Of a stretch of 64,000 bases of DNA, positions 1-10,083 are shown piece after piece. The stretch lies in NCBI GenBank assembly GCA_964496885.1, contig CAZCBG010000003.1:16952-80951 (forward strand), in the 5' to 3' direction. This stretch comes from an uncultured Bacteroides sp. Lineage in GTDB: Bacteria > Bacteroidota > Bacteroidia > Bacteroidales > JACABE01. Under the pieces are notes generated by a model. It made no database searches and was not told the origin of the DNA. It was given only the letters and a program-made list of their open reading frames with translations. The position numbers and the translations under genes are program-made. Numbering within the stretch: position 1 is the stretch's first letter; every line of letters begins with the position of its first letter.

Positions 1-501
1 GATACATTTGTCTTCAGCATAGAAAGCTGCGATTTCTTTGGCATCAATTGCTTTTAGGTATTGACCATATTTAACAACAAAACGATGAGGAGTTTCTTTG
101 GTTTGTTTCAGCATTTGCTCGATTAAAGCAGTAAAATTAACCTCATGTCGCGAATTTTCCCATTTTGCAAAACTGGCCACTAATTCTTCTTTTTTGACAG
201 GTTTTAGCAAATAGTCAATACTATTCACTTTAAAGGCCTGAATCGCATATTGGTCGTAAGCTGTAATAAAAATAACTGGAGCATTCACCTTTATTTGTTT
301 GAAGATCTCAAAACAACTACCATCTGCCAGATGAATATCCATCAATATCAAATCAGGATGACTATTCACCATCAGCCAGTTAACTGTATCGCTGATGGTT
401 TCGAAATTATCCAGAATTTCGGAATTGGAATATATCTCTTTGACCAAACGTATTAAGCGACGACTTGCGGCTTGTTCGTCTTCAACAATAAGAATTCTCA
501 T
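1..501 (-). CDS. LytTR-family response regulator, N-terminal 167 codons (3' end lies beyond the left edge)
   Basis: Not in the ORF track because no stop lies in the window. My translation of the minus strand from ATG 501-499 gives MRILIVEDEQAASRRLIRLVKEI...HPDLILMDIHLADGSCFEIF...VIFITAYDQYAIQAFKVNSIDYLLKPV (receiver domain). It continues RFVVKYGQYLKAIDAKEIAAFYAEDK, the start of a LytTR domain. It lies 30 nt downstream of the kinase gene on the same strand. Confidence 0.85.
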   Translation of the reverse strand, partial: MRILIVEDEQAASRRLIRLVKEIYSNSEILDNFETISDTVNWLMVNSHPDLILMDIHLADGSCFEIFKQIKVNAPVIFITAYDQYAIQAFKVNSIDYLLKPVKKEELVASFAKWENSRHEVNFTALIEQMLKQTKETPHRFVVKYGQYLKAIDAKEIAAFYAEDKCI

Positions 502-531
502 AATCTGATTTTTAAGAATATGCAAATTTAC

Positions 532-1581
532 TTAGTTTTCTATTTGTTCCAACAATGGAATGGCCACTGAAAAATAATCCGATGATTCCATAATTTCAAT
601 CTCTTTATCGGACAAAAATTTATATCGATTGCGGATATTTTGTAAGCCCAATCCGGAAGAAGTTTCTTCTTGTTGCCGTTTCTGAATGTTGTTCTTCACC
701 ATAATATAACTATTTTCGGTTAAAGAAATTTCAATGATAAGTGGGCACCCACTAGAGATTACATTGTGTTTGATGGCATTTTCAACTAACATTTGCAAAC
801 TTAATGGTGCAATTCCTTTCGGCAAAACATAGGTAGGAATCATATTTTTCAAAATTAAATTTTCTCCATAGCGTTTCATTTGAAGGAAAGCATAAGTTTT
901 GATCAGTTCAAGTTCTTCCTCTAAGCTAATAATTGATTTGTCACGCAATTGAAGGATGGTTCTAAAAAAATCGGAAAGCTTTTGAACATATTCTACTGCA
1001 GCTTCTTTATCTTCTTCGATCAGTGTAATGAGAGTATTGAAACTATTGAACAAAAAATGAGGGTTGACCTGATTTCTGAGGGTTTCAAATTGTGACAGCA
1101 AACTTTCTTTCTCAAGTTCCTGAGATCTTTTATCAGATTTCATCCACATGATATAAATAAAAACACCTTCATGGATAAAAGAAATAAGCAAAGAAATCAT
1201 CAAACATTTGGCATATATATCTAAAAAGAAATATTTCTCTATAGATATTGCAGCTAATACTATGTGTCCAATCATAAATATTAAAGCTACAACAAGTAAA
1301 TTATAAACAGCAATAAAAAGTATTTCCAAAATGATATGTTTTACAGGATGCTTTTCCCAGGGATATTTTTGGCAAAGTGTAAAAACGATGTAGCGGCATC
1401 CTAACCACAAAGCAGTAGTGCTTAATGTTGAGAAGAATATATTTTCAAGTATCATAGGAAAATCGGTGCCTGAAGTCATTCCGACAATAAGGGGGGCAAT
1501 AATACCTAAAAACAATATCCCGCTCACTATTACCAATATATTGTAGAATTTGTCCTGATTTCGGGGTTTTTTTTCAATCAT
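532..1581 (-). CDS. LytS/YehU-type sensor histidine kinase (membrane N-terminus, no obvious periplasmic sensor domain)
   Basis: 349 aa. The N-terminal half is hydrophobic, with about 5 TM segments. The H-box NPHFLFNSFNTLITLIE is typical of the His_kinase (PF06580) family. The ATPase motifs are LVENAIKHN and GLGLQNIRNRY. ATG verified at 1581-1579. Confidence 0.85.
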   Translation of the reverse strand: MIEKKPRNQDKFYNILVIVSGILFLGIIAPLIVGMTSGTDFPMILENIFFSTLSTTALWLGCRYIVFTLCQKYPWEKHPVKHIILEILFIAVYNLLVVALIFMIGHIVLAAISIEKYFFLDIYAKCLMISLLISFIHEGVFIYIMWMKSDKRSQELEKESLLSQFETLRNQVNPHFLFNSFNTLITLIEEDKEAAVEYVQKLSDFFRTILQLRDKSIISLEEELELIKTYAFLQMKRYGENLILKNMIPTYVLPKGIAPLSLQMLVENAIKHNVISSGCPLIIEISLTENSYIMVKNNIQKRQQEETSSGLGLQNIRNRYKFLSDKEIEIMESSDYFSVAIPLLEQIEN

Positions 1582-1650
1582 GATATTAAATTCAAAATTT
1601 ATTATTTCAAAGTATAGAAATTAAATAAGCAAACAAGTCGTTCGGTAAAA

Positions 1651-4056
1651 TTAAAAAATAATCCTATATTGAGGAATTATCATTCTTCCTGTTTGGTAAA
1701 TATAGGAAATTTCTCCTGTTTTTGTATTCAGTTTCTGGCTATAAACGTTTTGCTGGTTAAATAAATTCTGGATATCAATTCCCCATTCTTGGGTGATTTT
1801 TTTTCCATTCCTTCGGTAAACTATTTTTAAATCGGTACGTGAATAATCTTTATATTGCAAACTATAAGCTTTATTCTCATCATATTGTCTGTAATATTTC
1901 CCATTGATTGCATCGTACATGATATTTGCAGGAGTATAGCGTTGACCGCCGGCATACGTTGTTTTTAGATCAAAACTTAAAATATTTCTTGCTTTCTGCT
2001 CTTTCTTAAGGCTTCCAAGAATAAACTCCTTCCCGAGCAGGGCATTGAAAACATAATTGCCATTGAAAGCTGTATTGCGTTCGACCTGATCGCTGCCCAT
2101 GTATTTCGATTCAAATAGGGAAGCCGTAAACAGATAATAAAATCCTTGGTTAAGGAAATGTTCCAGGGTAAATTCAAGACCATAATTTTTTCCTCTTCCC
2201 GTCGCTTTTAGGGTATCAGGTGTAGCATATCCAAAATTAGCTCCTTCATTTAAGAGGGAATAATAATTATAAGATCCTCCATTTACAGCTGCATTTGCAA
2301 GGAATTGGTAATAAACTTCTGCTTTAATGCGAACGTATTCTGTGATATTTCGATCATAGCCCATTACAAAATGCTGACTCTTCATCATCCCAAGGTTTTC
2401 GTTCAGTCGTTCGAAACTACCGTCAGGCATTTTGCTTTGACGGAAATACACACTGATAGAATTCAGCTGGCTGTGCATTCCATATCCAAAACTCAGCGAT
2501 TGATTGTTCGTAATATTCCATTTCAGTCCTAATCTGGGTTCGAGGGAATAATCATTGTTCAAACCATAATACATTGCATGCAAGCCCGTATTGAGTGTTA
2601 ATGCATCATTGAATTTGTACTGATACTCTAGATAGGGTTGCAATAAATAAGTAAAACCTTTATAATCGGATATGGTTCGTAATGCAAGATCCATTGAGTT
2701 ATAAATCCTTTCTAATAAATTAAAACCCATCCCTTTCAGAAAGAAACCTGCTTTTACAAAACTTCTGTTGTTTATTTTATGATTAAGAAAAAATGAAATA
2801 CTCAGGTTTTCTTCAGTAAAATCATTTCTGTAATTTGGGATTTTAATCTGTTGAACAGGAGATAATGAATCTACAGTTGTTTTAAATGTATGACTTGCTG
2901 CCGATAAACTTAGCTTTGAATAAGTGTTGCTTCCAAAAAACAAGGTATGTGTAATCCCACCGGCTATCATATCTGATCCGTTGGTTAAGTCAAAACCTTC
3001 GCCTCCATAAAAATCGATTTTGTTTTTTGTTGTATCCTTGCGAGAATCCCACATTTCGATATCACTGATTCCGCCCAACGCAAATACCGAAAAACTCCCC
3101 AGTTTGGTTTTTGGAAAATTAAGTTTCATCGAAAAGTCCTTGTATTTTGGGATTCCTGTACCAGTACCAAAATCAGCGCCCATCTTTTCCATCACTTCCA
3201 AAGTAGAATATCTTGCATTTATTAAATAGGACGATGCATTTTTTTTATTTATAGGCCCTTCGGCACCCAATTCAAATCCATTGAAACCAATTTGTCCAAG
3301 AAATTCATGTTTTTCGTTGTTACCGTTGCGCATTTTTAAATCAAATACACCCGAAACTGCATTGCCGAATTCAGCAGGAAAAGCTCCCGTTATAAAATCT
3401 GAATTAGACAAGACATTGTTATTCAATATACATACCGGACCTCCGGTAGCTGAGAGAGCACCCCAATGGTTGGGGTTAGGAATATCAATACCTTCCAGAC
3501 GCCATAGCAAGCCTGAAGGAGAATTTCCACGAATAACGATATCATTTCGGGCATCGTTACTTCCTACTATTCCTGCATAGTTGGATGCCATACGGGCAAC
3601 ATCGTTACGGGAACCGGCATAACGACCCGTTTCTTCTACCGTAAAGCTCCTTGAACTCACCGAAGTCATTTTATTGAGTGTATTCGATTTATCAGCACTG
3701 GCATTGATTTCAACTGTTTTTTGAGTAATTAGATTTTCGTCCATTTCAATGTCGAGTACCAGCTCTTTTGCAGTATTCAGGTTTAGATTGCTGAGGTATA
3801 CATCTTTGTAACCCATAAAACTAATCTTTAAACTTTGCCTTCCTACACTTATGTTTTCCATTCTGAATTTACCATCTGCATTGCTGGAGGTTCCTATTAA
3901 TGGAGAAGTATTTAGCAATACAATATTAGCACCGGGTAAAGTCATTTTAGTAATCCGGTCGGTAATTGTACCACGGATAGTTCCGGTCGGTAATTGAGAA
4001 GCCGAAACAATAAAGGAGAAAAGGATAAAGGATATAAATAAAACTGTTTTTTTCAT
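1651..4056 (-). CDS. TonB-dependent receptor with N-terminal carboxypeptidase-D-like regulatory domain
   Basis: The track ORF extends to 4095, but MKKTVLFISFILFSFIVSASQ from the ATG at 4056 is a clean signal peptide. Contains a CarboxypepD_reg-like segment (GTIRGTITD...DGKFRMENI), a plug (DIVIRGNSPSGLLWRLEGIDIPNPNHW) and a C-terminal beta-barrel ending in aromatic F. Confidence 0.85.
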   Translation of the reverse strand: MKKTVLFISFILFSFIVSASQLPTGTIRGTITDRITKMTLPGANIVLLNTSPLIGTSSNADGKFRMENISVGRQSLKISFMGYKDVYLSNLNLNTAKELVLDIEMDENLITQKTVEINASADKSNTLNKMTSVSSRSFTVEETGRYAGSRNDVARMASNYAGIVGSNDARNDIVIRGNSPSGLLWRLEGIDIPNPNHWGALSATGGPVCILNNNVLSNSDFITGAFPAEFGNAVSGVFDLKMRNGNNEKHEFLGQIGFNGFELGAEGPINKKNASSYLINARYSTLEVMEKMGADFGTGTGIPKYKDFSMKLNFPKTKLGSFSVFALGGISDIEMWDSRKDTTKNKIDFYGGEGFDLTNGSDMIAGGITHTLFFGSNTYSKLSLSAASHTFKTTVDSLSPVQQIKIPNYRNDFTEENLSISFFLNHKINNRSFVKAGFFLKGMGFNLLERIYNSMDLALRTISDYKGFTYLLQPYLEYQYKFNDALTLNTGLHAMYYGLNNDYSLEPRLGLKWNITNNQSLSFGYGMHSQLNSISVYFRQSKMPDGSFERLNENLGMMKSQHFVMGYDRNITEYVRIKAEVYYQFLANAAVNGGSYNYYSLLNEGANFGYATPDTLKATGRGKNYGLEFTLEHFLNQGFYYLFTASLFESKYMGSDQVERNTAFNGNYVFNALLGKEFILGSLKKEQKARNILSFDLKTTYAGGQRYTPANIMYDAINGKYYRQYDENKAYSLQYKDYSRTDLKIVYRRNGKKITQEWGIDIQNLFNQQNVYSQKLNTKTGEISYIYQTGRMIIPQYRIIF

Positions 4057-4190
4057 TTTTATGATTTTTAAAATTATCAGACTGCAAAAAAACATTGATT
4101 GCGATAAATATGCAATGAATTTCCGACGAAATGGGATAAATTAAACCTCAAACAAATAAAATGTATGCTGAATCCAGAAAAAAACAATAT

Positions 4191-6590
4191 CTAAAACTCA
4201 ACAATAATACCAATAGTTGGCAATACATTTCCTGAAAAATCTTCGATTTTTCTTAATATATATTTTGTTGGATTACTGGGATCTACAGCAATGTTTCCAT
4301 TGAGATCCAGATTTGTATAAAGTGGTTGTTGTTCTGATTTATAGGCCAATAAATTCTGGATATCCATGTAGAAGTTTAAGGCCCACTTTTTAAAGAAGTA
4401 TTGTTTGTCAATTCTGACATCTAATTGATTAAAAGAGCTTAAACGTTCCGAATTAAAAGCATTATAATTTAAATAGCCTCTACCTCTTGAATCCCAAATT
4501 GCACGATTTGAAGAAGCCTGTATATCAATCGGTGTATAAGGAGCTCCTCCAACAAAGCGCCATTTAGCACCTATTTCCCAGTTTCTACCAACGTTTCTTT
4601 TGATAGTAAAATTCAAGATGTGTTTATTATCCCAAGCAGAAGGAATATATTGTTGGGTTTTTTCTTTGAATTCGCTTCTTACAAAAGTATAAGAAAGAAT
4701 TACATTAAACCCTTTCAGATTAATATTTCGGTAATAAATTTCACACCCATAGGCTCTTCCTTCGGATGTAGAAGTAACTGCCTCATCACCAAAAGTGCCA
4801 TAATCTGCACCTTTACTGGCGATTGAGACAGAATCATTTACTGAAAAAGGATAATTATGGTAAGCTTTATAAAAACCTTCAATCGTTAATTTTGCATTTT
4901 CGCCAAATAGATAATCAAAACCTGTAACAAAATGATCGACTGCAATATATGTGATTTCATTCTGTTTATTTACAAGGTCACCGGTATTATTACGAAAACC
5001 TAAAGTGGTATAAGCTGGTCTCTGGTAATACCTTCCAATATTTGCATTTAAAAATAAAACTTCGGTCAAGCCATAAGAAGCTGACATACGGGGTGAAAAC
5101 TGATTGAGTAAATTTGACATCTTAGGGTCATAAGAGTTTGCATCCATTCGGATACCCAAAGACATCGTTAAACGGTTGTTTAAATACGATTTACTGATTT
5201 GTCCAAAAGCATTCCATGCAAACAAATCAAGTTTTGAATTATAATTAATAAAAATCAAACTGTCTTTTGCCAGTATTTTCTGGAAAGTAGTATTGTTGTA
5301 TCTGTTATATTCCAATCCCATTCCAAAGGTAATTTTGTAATTCAATGTATGTGCATTTCTTTCGAAACGGAATTTATTTTCAATTTCGTCGGATGTGTAA
5401 TCCAGTATTTTAGGTTTTGATTCATCATTGCCTGGAAATTTATAAGAAGTATTTCTTAGCATATTCCTGCTCAATACATAAGTATCGTAAGAATTTGTTC
5501 TGTAATGTTTAAAAACGCCACCTATTGCATAGTTCCATTGTTTAAAAACTGGTAAATATCCCAATATGTATTTTTGACTTTCGTTTGGGTTTTTGATGCC
5601 GGTATTGAGGTTAAATTGATCAATGGCTCCAATTCCTATGATAGTTAATTCGTTTTTTAAGTCAAATTTTGTTTTAGATTTCCATTGGAAATCGTTGTAT
5701 GTAGGCAGAAAGGGTAAGCCAATAGCACTAAAGAGGAACTGGAGATAAGATCTTCGTGCAGAGAATATGAAAGTTGTTTTTTTGTGGATCGGTCCGTCAA
5801 GGGTAAGTGCCAGATCGGAAGCTCCAAAGCTTGCTTTAAATTTTAAATTATCGGGATTCCCATCTATCAATCGCATATCAAGGATAGAACTCAAAGCATT
5901 TCCTTTATTGGCAGGGAAAGCTCCTGAATAAAATTCAATTTCTCTGACAAAATCTATATTTACAATACCTATGGGGCCACCAGATGCGCCTTGTGTAGCA
6001 AAATGATTTAAATTAGGAATTTCGATACCATCCAAATAAAATTTATTTTCGCTGCTACCACCACCTCTTACAATGATATCATTCCGATAGGCAGGCGTAG
6101 AAGAAACACCAGGTAAGGATTGCAGAACTTTTGAAATATCCCTGTTACCTCCCGGACTCTTTTCAATTTCTGCAATACCAATGCTTTTCATTGATAGTGG
6201 ACTTTCTTCATCCCTTTGGAATGTTTTCGCTTTGATTACAACTTCTGCTAAGCTGATTTCAATTTCGTGCATCGGAATATCAATAAGTTTGGTTTTTCCG
6301 GAAGTTGCCATGAATTCAGCACTCATGAATCCCTCAAAACCGACGGATGTTGCAGCCAATTGAATATATCCTGGTTTAACATTGGTAAATTGAAAACTAC
6401 CATTTATATCAGATGAAACGGCCATATTTGTACCTTTAATAATAAGATTGGCAAAAGGAATGGACTCATTATTTTTTGTATTAAAAATTCTCCCTTTAAC
6501 AGTAGCATTTTGAGCAAATAATGTATTTGCGAATAAAACCGTAAGCAAAATAGAAATTAATATTGTATTGAATTTGAGGATGCTGTTCAT
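4191..6590 (-). CDS. TonB-dependent receptor, tandem paralogue of 1651-4056
   Basis: 799 aa with a signal peptide. It has the same domain order and alignable motifs (ATVKGRIFN...NGSFQFTNV; DIIVRGGGSSENKFYLDGIEIPNLNHF) and a terminal F. No SusD partner gene. Confidence 0.85.
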   Translation of the reverse strand: MNSILKFNTILISILLTVLFANTLFAQNATVKGRIFNTKNNESIPFANLIIKGTNMAVSSDINGSFQFTNVKPGYIQLAATSVGFEGFMSAEFMATSGKTKLIDIPMHEIEISLAEVVIKAKTFQRDEESPLSMKSIGIAEIEKSPGGNRDISKVLQSLPGVSSTPAYRNDIIVRGGGSSENKFYLDGIEIPNLNHFATQGASGGPIGIVNIDFVREIEFYSGAFPANKGNALSSILDMRLIDGNPDNLKFKASFGASDLALTLDGPIHKKTTFIFSARRSYLQFLFSAIGLPFLPTYNDFQWKSKTKFDLKNELTIIGIGAIDQFNLNTGIKNPNESQKYILGYLPVFKQWNYAIGGVFKHYRTNSYDTYVLSRNMLRNTSYKFPGNDESKPKILDYTSDEIENKFRFERNAHTLNYKITFGMGLEYNRYNNTTFQKILAKDSLIFINYNSKLDLFAWNAFGQISKSYLNNRLTMSLGIRMDANSYDPKMSNLLNQFSPRMSASYGLTEVLFLNANIGRYYQRPAYTTLGFRNNTGDLVNKQNEITYIAVDHFVTGFDYLFGENAKLTIEGFYKAYHNYPFSVNDSVSIASKGADYGTFGDEAVTSTSEGRAYGCEIYYRNINLKGFNVILSYTFVRSEFKEKTQQYIPSAWDNKHILNFTIKRNVGRNWEIGAKWRFVGGAPYTPIDIQASSNRAIWDSRGRGYLNYNAFNSERLSSFNQLDVRIDKQYFFKKWALNFYMDIQNLLAYKSEQQPLYTNLDLNGNIAVDPSNPTKYILRKIEDFSGNVLPTIGIIVEF

Positions 6591-6627
6591 AAATCAAGGT
6601 TTTATTGAAATATTCTAAAAATTTATG

Positions 6628-6635
6628 CAAAATTA
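6628..6635 (-). promoter_or_regulatory. Bacteroidota -7 promoter box TAATTTTG (minus strand) upstream of receptor gene 4191-6590
   Basis: Plus strand reads CAAAATTA, which matches TAnnTTTG on the minus strand, 38 nt before the ATG at 6590. Confidence 0.45.
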
Positions 6636-6880
6636 CAAAAATTAGTGTTAAAAAATAATTAATATAATTAGCTACTAAACAGGTAATTGTAAAATATTTT
6701 ATAAATTTATTTAAAATAAGATAAAAAAAGTTAAAAAAAATTTGGAATTCTTATAAAAAAATGCTTAACATTGCAATACAATTTGAGAAAACCAAAAAAA
6801 ATGCCAGATGTAATTAGTTAAAACTCTATATATCATCCACTTAAAATTATCAACTTTTTATTAATTAAACTTAACTTTCT

Positions 6881-9800
6881 ATGAGAAAAATTACATTTTT
6901 ACTTGTCGCCCTCTTACTGATGGGAATGCAAGTGATTCAAGCACAAAAAGTTATCACAGGAAAGGTAACAGGTGCAGATGACGGAGCCAGTATTCCTGGT
7001 GTTCAGATTGTTGTAAAAGGAACTTTACATGGCACTACCACTGACATAGATGGTAAATACCGTATAACTGTTCCGGAAAAATCAGATGTATTGGTTTTTA
7101 CTTTTGTGGGTTTGAAAAGTCAGGAAGTGAAAATTGGGAACAGAAACATTATTGATGTAGTGATGGCTACAGATATAATGAACCTTGATGCGGTAGTTGT
7201 TACAGCTATTGGTGTGAAAAAACAAGAACGTAATCTTGGGTACTCTGCTACTCAGGTAAATGCTGATGAAATCATGAAATCTCGTGACAGAAGCCCGCTT
7301 AATGCATTGCAAGGAAAAATTGCAGGGGTGAATATTTCAACCGCTTCTTCCAGTCCGGGTGCTTCTACAAGAGTTATTTCAAGAGGTTTCTCTTCATTAA
7401 CAGGAAGCAATCAGGCTTTATACGTTGTTGATGGAGTACCTATCAATAATTCAGCTATCGGTAGTACAAGTTTGAATGGTGGTACCGACTTTGGAAACAG
7501 AGGGAATGATATAAATCCTGATGATATTGAAAGTATTTCCTTCTTAAAAGGTTCTTCTGCAACCATTCTTTATGGATCAAGAGCTGCTAATGGCGTAATT
7601 GTTATTACAACTAAAAAAGGAAAAGATCTCGTTAGAGGCGTTAAGAAAAAAGGAGCTGACATTACATTTACAACAACTTTTTTTGGTGAGACTCCTTTAC
7701 GTTTACCTACATTTCAAAATGAATTCGGTGAAGGTTTTAATGGTAAAGCTGATGTAATCGAAAATACTAGCTGGGGTCCAAAATTTGATGCAGTAGCTGT
7801 GCCTAGGGTATGGGGCCATGTTGTAAACAATCAACAACAAATTAAACCTTATGTTGCGCTTCCTAATAATGTTAGAGACTTCTTTGATGTTGGAACTACA
7901 TTTGAAAATTCAATTTCAATTGCAAATTCAAATGATAAGTCAAGTTATTTCTTTTCGTATTCTAATATAAATTCAGATGGAATTTTTCCTACCAATGCAG
8001 ATAGTTATAAAAGAAACACACTTTCATTGAGAGGTACTGCCAAATTAGACAATAATTTTACTAGTTCAGGTTCTATTTCATATGTAAAAAAACAAAGTAA
8101 ATTTGTACCTACCGGACAGGATCAATCTGTTTATGATAATATCATGCAGACTCCAAGAGATATTAGTATTGTAGATCAGTCCGATTATAAGAGTAAATGG
8201 TATAATTTAGACAATTATTACAATGGTTATGCCGCCAATCCTTATTATGTATTGAATGAACATGGAAACGATTTTAACGAAGACCGCGTTTTTGGAAATA
8301 TTGGACTGGATTATAAGTTTAATGATTGGATGAATGCTTCATGGAAAGTGGGTACTGATGTAGCCAATTCTCAGCTAAAAGAATGGCGCGCCATAACTGA
8401 CTATGTTAGAAATAATTATAGTGATGATCCAGGAACTGTTATTGAACAAACCTATTTTAACCGTGAATTTAACAGTGACCTTATTTTAAACTTCAACCGC
8501 AGTTTGAATCAGGATATTGAGTTCAGCGGATTGGTTGGTTGGAATGTTAACCAAAGAAATTCTAAAACCTTATCAACACAAGTAATTGGATTAAATATTC
8601 CTTATTTTTACAATTTATCCAATAGCTCATCCACTCCTTCTGTATCAGAAGCAACTATGATGAGAAGACTTTATGGTGTTTACATGAGTGCAGACTTTAA
8701 CTATAAAAAATATTTAAACTTACAGATCAATGCCAGAAACGATTGGTCATCTACTTTGCCTTCAGCAAACCGTTCTTTCTTTTATCCCGGAGCTAATGTT
8801 TCTTTTGTATTTACAGAGTTTTATCCTGAAATTACAAACATCATTCCTTTTGGAAAAATCAGAATGGGTTTAGCTCAGGTTGGTAATGATGCTAATCCTT
8901 ATCTTATTTTCAACTCATTTACACAGGCTAATTATGCTGATGGTTATCGTGGTTTAGATTGGCCATTGGGTGGAATTAATGCTTTAACTGTTGGAAACAC
9001 TATTGGTAACCCAAGTTTAAAACCAGAAATTACAACTGAATTTGAAATCGGAACCGATTTGCGTTTTTTGAACAATCGATTAGGGGTTGATTTTACTTTT
9101 TACAATAAAATCACTACCGATTTAATCTACCCTGTGCCTTTAGCCTACTCAAGTGGATATCAATACCAAACGATGAACTTAGGTAAAATTTCAAACCGTG
9201 GTATTGAAGTTTTAGTAAAAGGTACTCCTTTAAAGAATGCTGATTTCAAATGGGAAATTTCCGTTAATTATTCTAAAAACACCAACAAACTTGAAGAATT
9301 AAATGCAAGCCTTACAAAAGTTGACTTAGGCGGAACGAGTCGATTGGGTTTTGTAGCTGTTCCAGGACAACCCTTAGGTATGTTTGAAGGAGCTGTCGCA
9401 TTAACTGATGGCAACGGTCATATTGTTGTTGATGGTAGCGGTTTACCAGTTGCAGATCCTGTTAACCAGATACTCGGAAGCTCGCAATATGATTGGATGG
9501 CTGGTATTTCTAACAACCTCACTTACAAAAACTGGGCTTTATCTTTTTCATTTGATATTCGCCAGGGTGGTTTAATGTATTCACGTACCAAAGAAATGAT
9601 GTACTTTGCAGGAACAGCTCCTGAAACAACTTATAATGATCGTCAACCTTTCATTATTCCTAATTCAGTTCAGGCTATTTATGATGCAAATGGTGCCATT
9701 ACAGGTTATACCGAAAATACAACTGCTATTTCTCACCAATCAGCCACTTTGTATCAATATTATGATCAAACCAGAGGGGCAGGAAATTTTGCCCGTGAGT

Positions 9801-10063
9801 TTTTAATTAATAAATCATTTGTAAAACTTCGTGAAGTGGTTTTAACTTATACCTTTCCTAAAAAATGGTTAGCAAAAACTCCTTTCGGTGATGCATCTTT
9901 AAGTATTATCGGACGTAATCTATTATTGTTTACCCCATCAGACAATCATTTTATCGATCCTGAATTAACTACTTTTGGGAATGACTTAAATGCTGATTAT
10001 GGTGAATTTAGTGCAGCTCCTACTACCAGAAGTTTTGGTGCAAGTTTACGTTTTACCTTTTAA
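6881..10063 (+). CDS. SusC/RagA-family TonB-linked outer membrane transporter
   Basis: 1060 aa with a signal peptide. Contains a CarboxypepD_reg domain (ITGKVTGADDGASIPGVQIVVKG...DGKYRI), a plug with the TonB-box-like DAVVVTAIG, and a long barrel ending in F. A SusD gene follows directly. Confidence 0.9.
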   Translation: MRKITFLLVALLLMGMQVIQAQKVITGKVTGADDGASIPGVQIVVKGTLHGTTTDIDGKYRITVPEKSDVLVFTFVGLKSQEVKIGNRNIIDVVMATDIMNLDAVVVTAIGVKKQERNLGYSATQVNADEIMKSRDRSPLNALQGKIAGVNISTASSSPGASTRVISRGFSSLTGSNQALYVVDGVPINNSAIGSTSLNGGTDFGNRGNDINPDDIESISFLKGSSATILYGSRAANGVIVITTKKGKDLVRGVKKKGADITFTTTFFGETPLRLPTFQNEFGEGFNGKADVIENTSWGPKFDAVAVPRVWGHVVNNQQQIKPYVALPNNVRDFFDVGTTFENSISIANSNDKSSYFFSYSNINSDGIFPTNADSYKRNTLSLRGTAKLDNNFTSSGSISYVKKQSKFVPTGQDQSVYDNIMQTPRDISIVDQSDYKSKWYNLDNYYNGYAANPYYVLNEHGNDFNEDRVFGNIGLDYKFNDWMNASWKVGTDVANSQLKEWRAITDYVRNNYSDDPGTVIEQTYFNREFNSDLILNFNRSLNQDIEFSGLVGWNVNQRNSKTLSTQVIGLNIPYFYNLSNSSSTPSVSEATMMRRLYGVYMSADFNYKKYLNLQINARNDWSSTLPSANRSFFYPGANVSFVFTEFYPEITNIIPFGKIRMGLAQVGNDANPYLIFNSFTQANYADGYRGLDWPLGGINALTVGNTIGNPSLKPEITTEFEIGTDLRFLNNRLGVDFTFYNKITTDLIYPVPLAYSSGYQYQTMNLGKISNRGIEVLVKGTPLKNADFKWEISVNYSKNTNKLEELNASLTKVDLGGTSRLGFVAVPGQPLGMFEGAVALTDGNGHIVVDGSGLPVADPVNQILGSSQYDWMAGISNNLTYKNWALSFSFDIRQGGLMYSRTKEMMYFAGTAPETTYNDRQPFIIPNSVQAIYDANGAITGYTENTTAISHQSATLYQYYDQTRGAGNFAREFLINKSFVKLREVVLTYTFPKKWLAKTPFGDASLSIIGRNLLLFTPSDNHFIDPELTTFGNDLNADYGEFSAAPTTRSFGASLRFTF

Positions 10064-10083
10064 TAATTTAAAAATACATAAAA

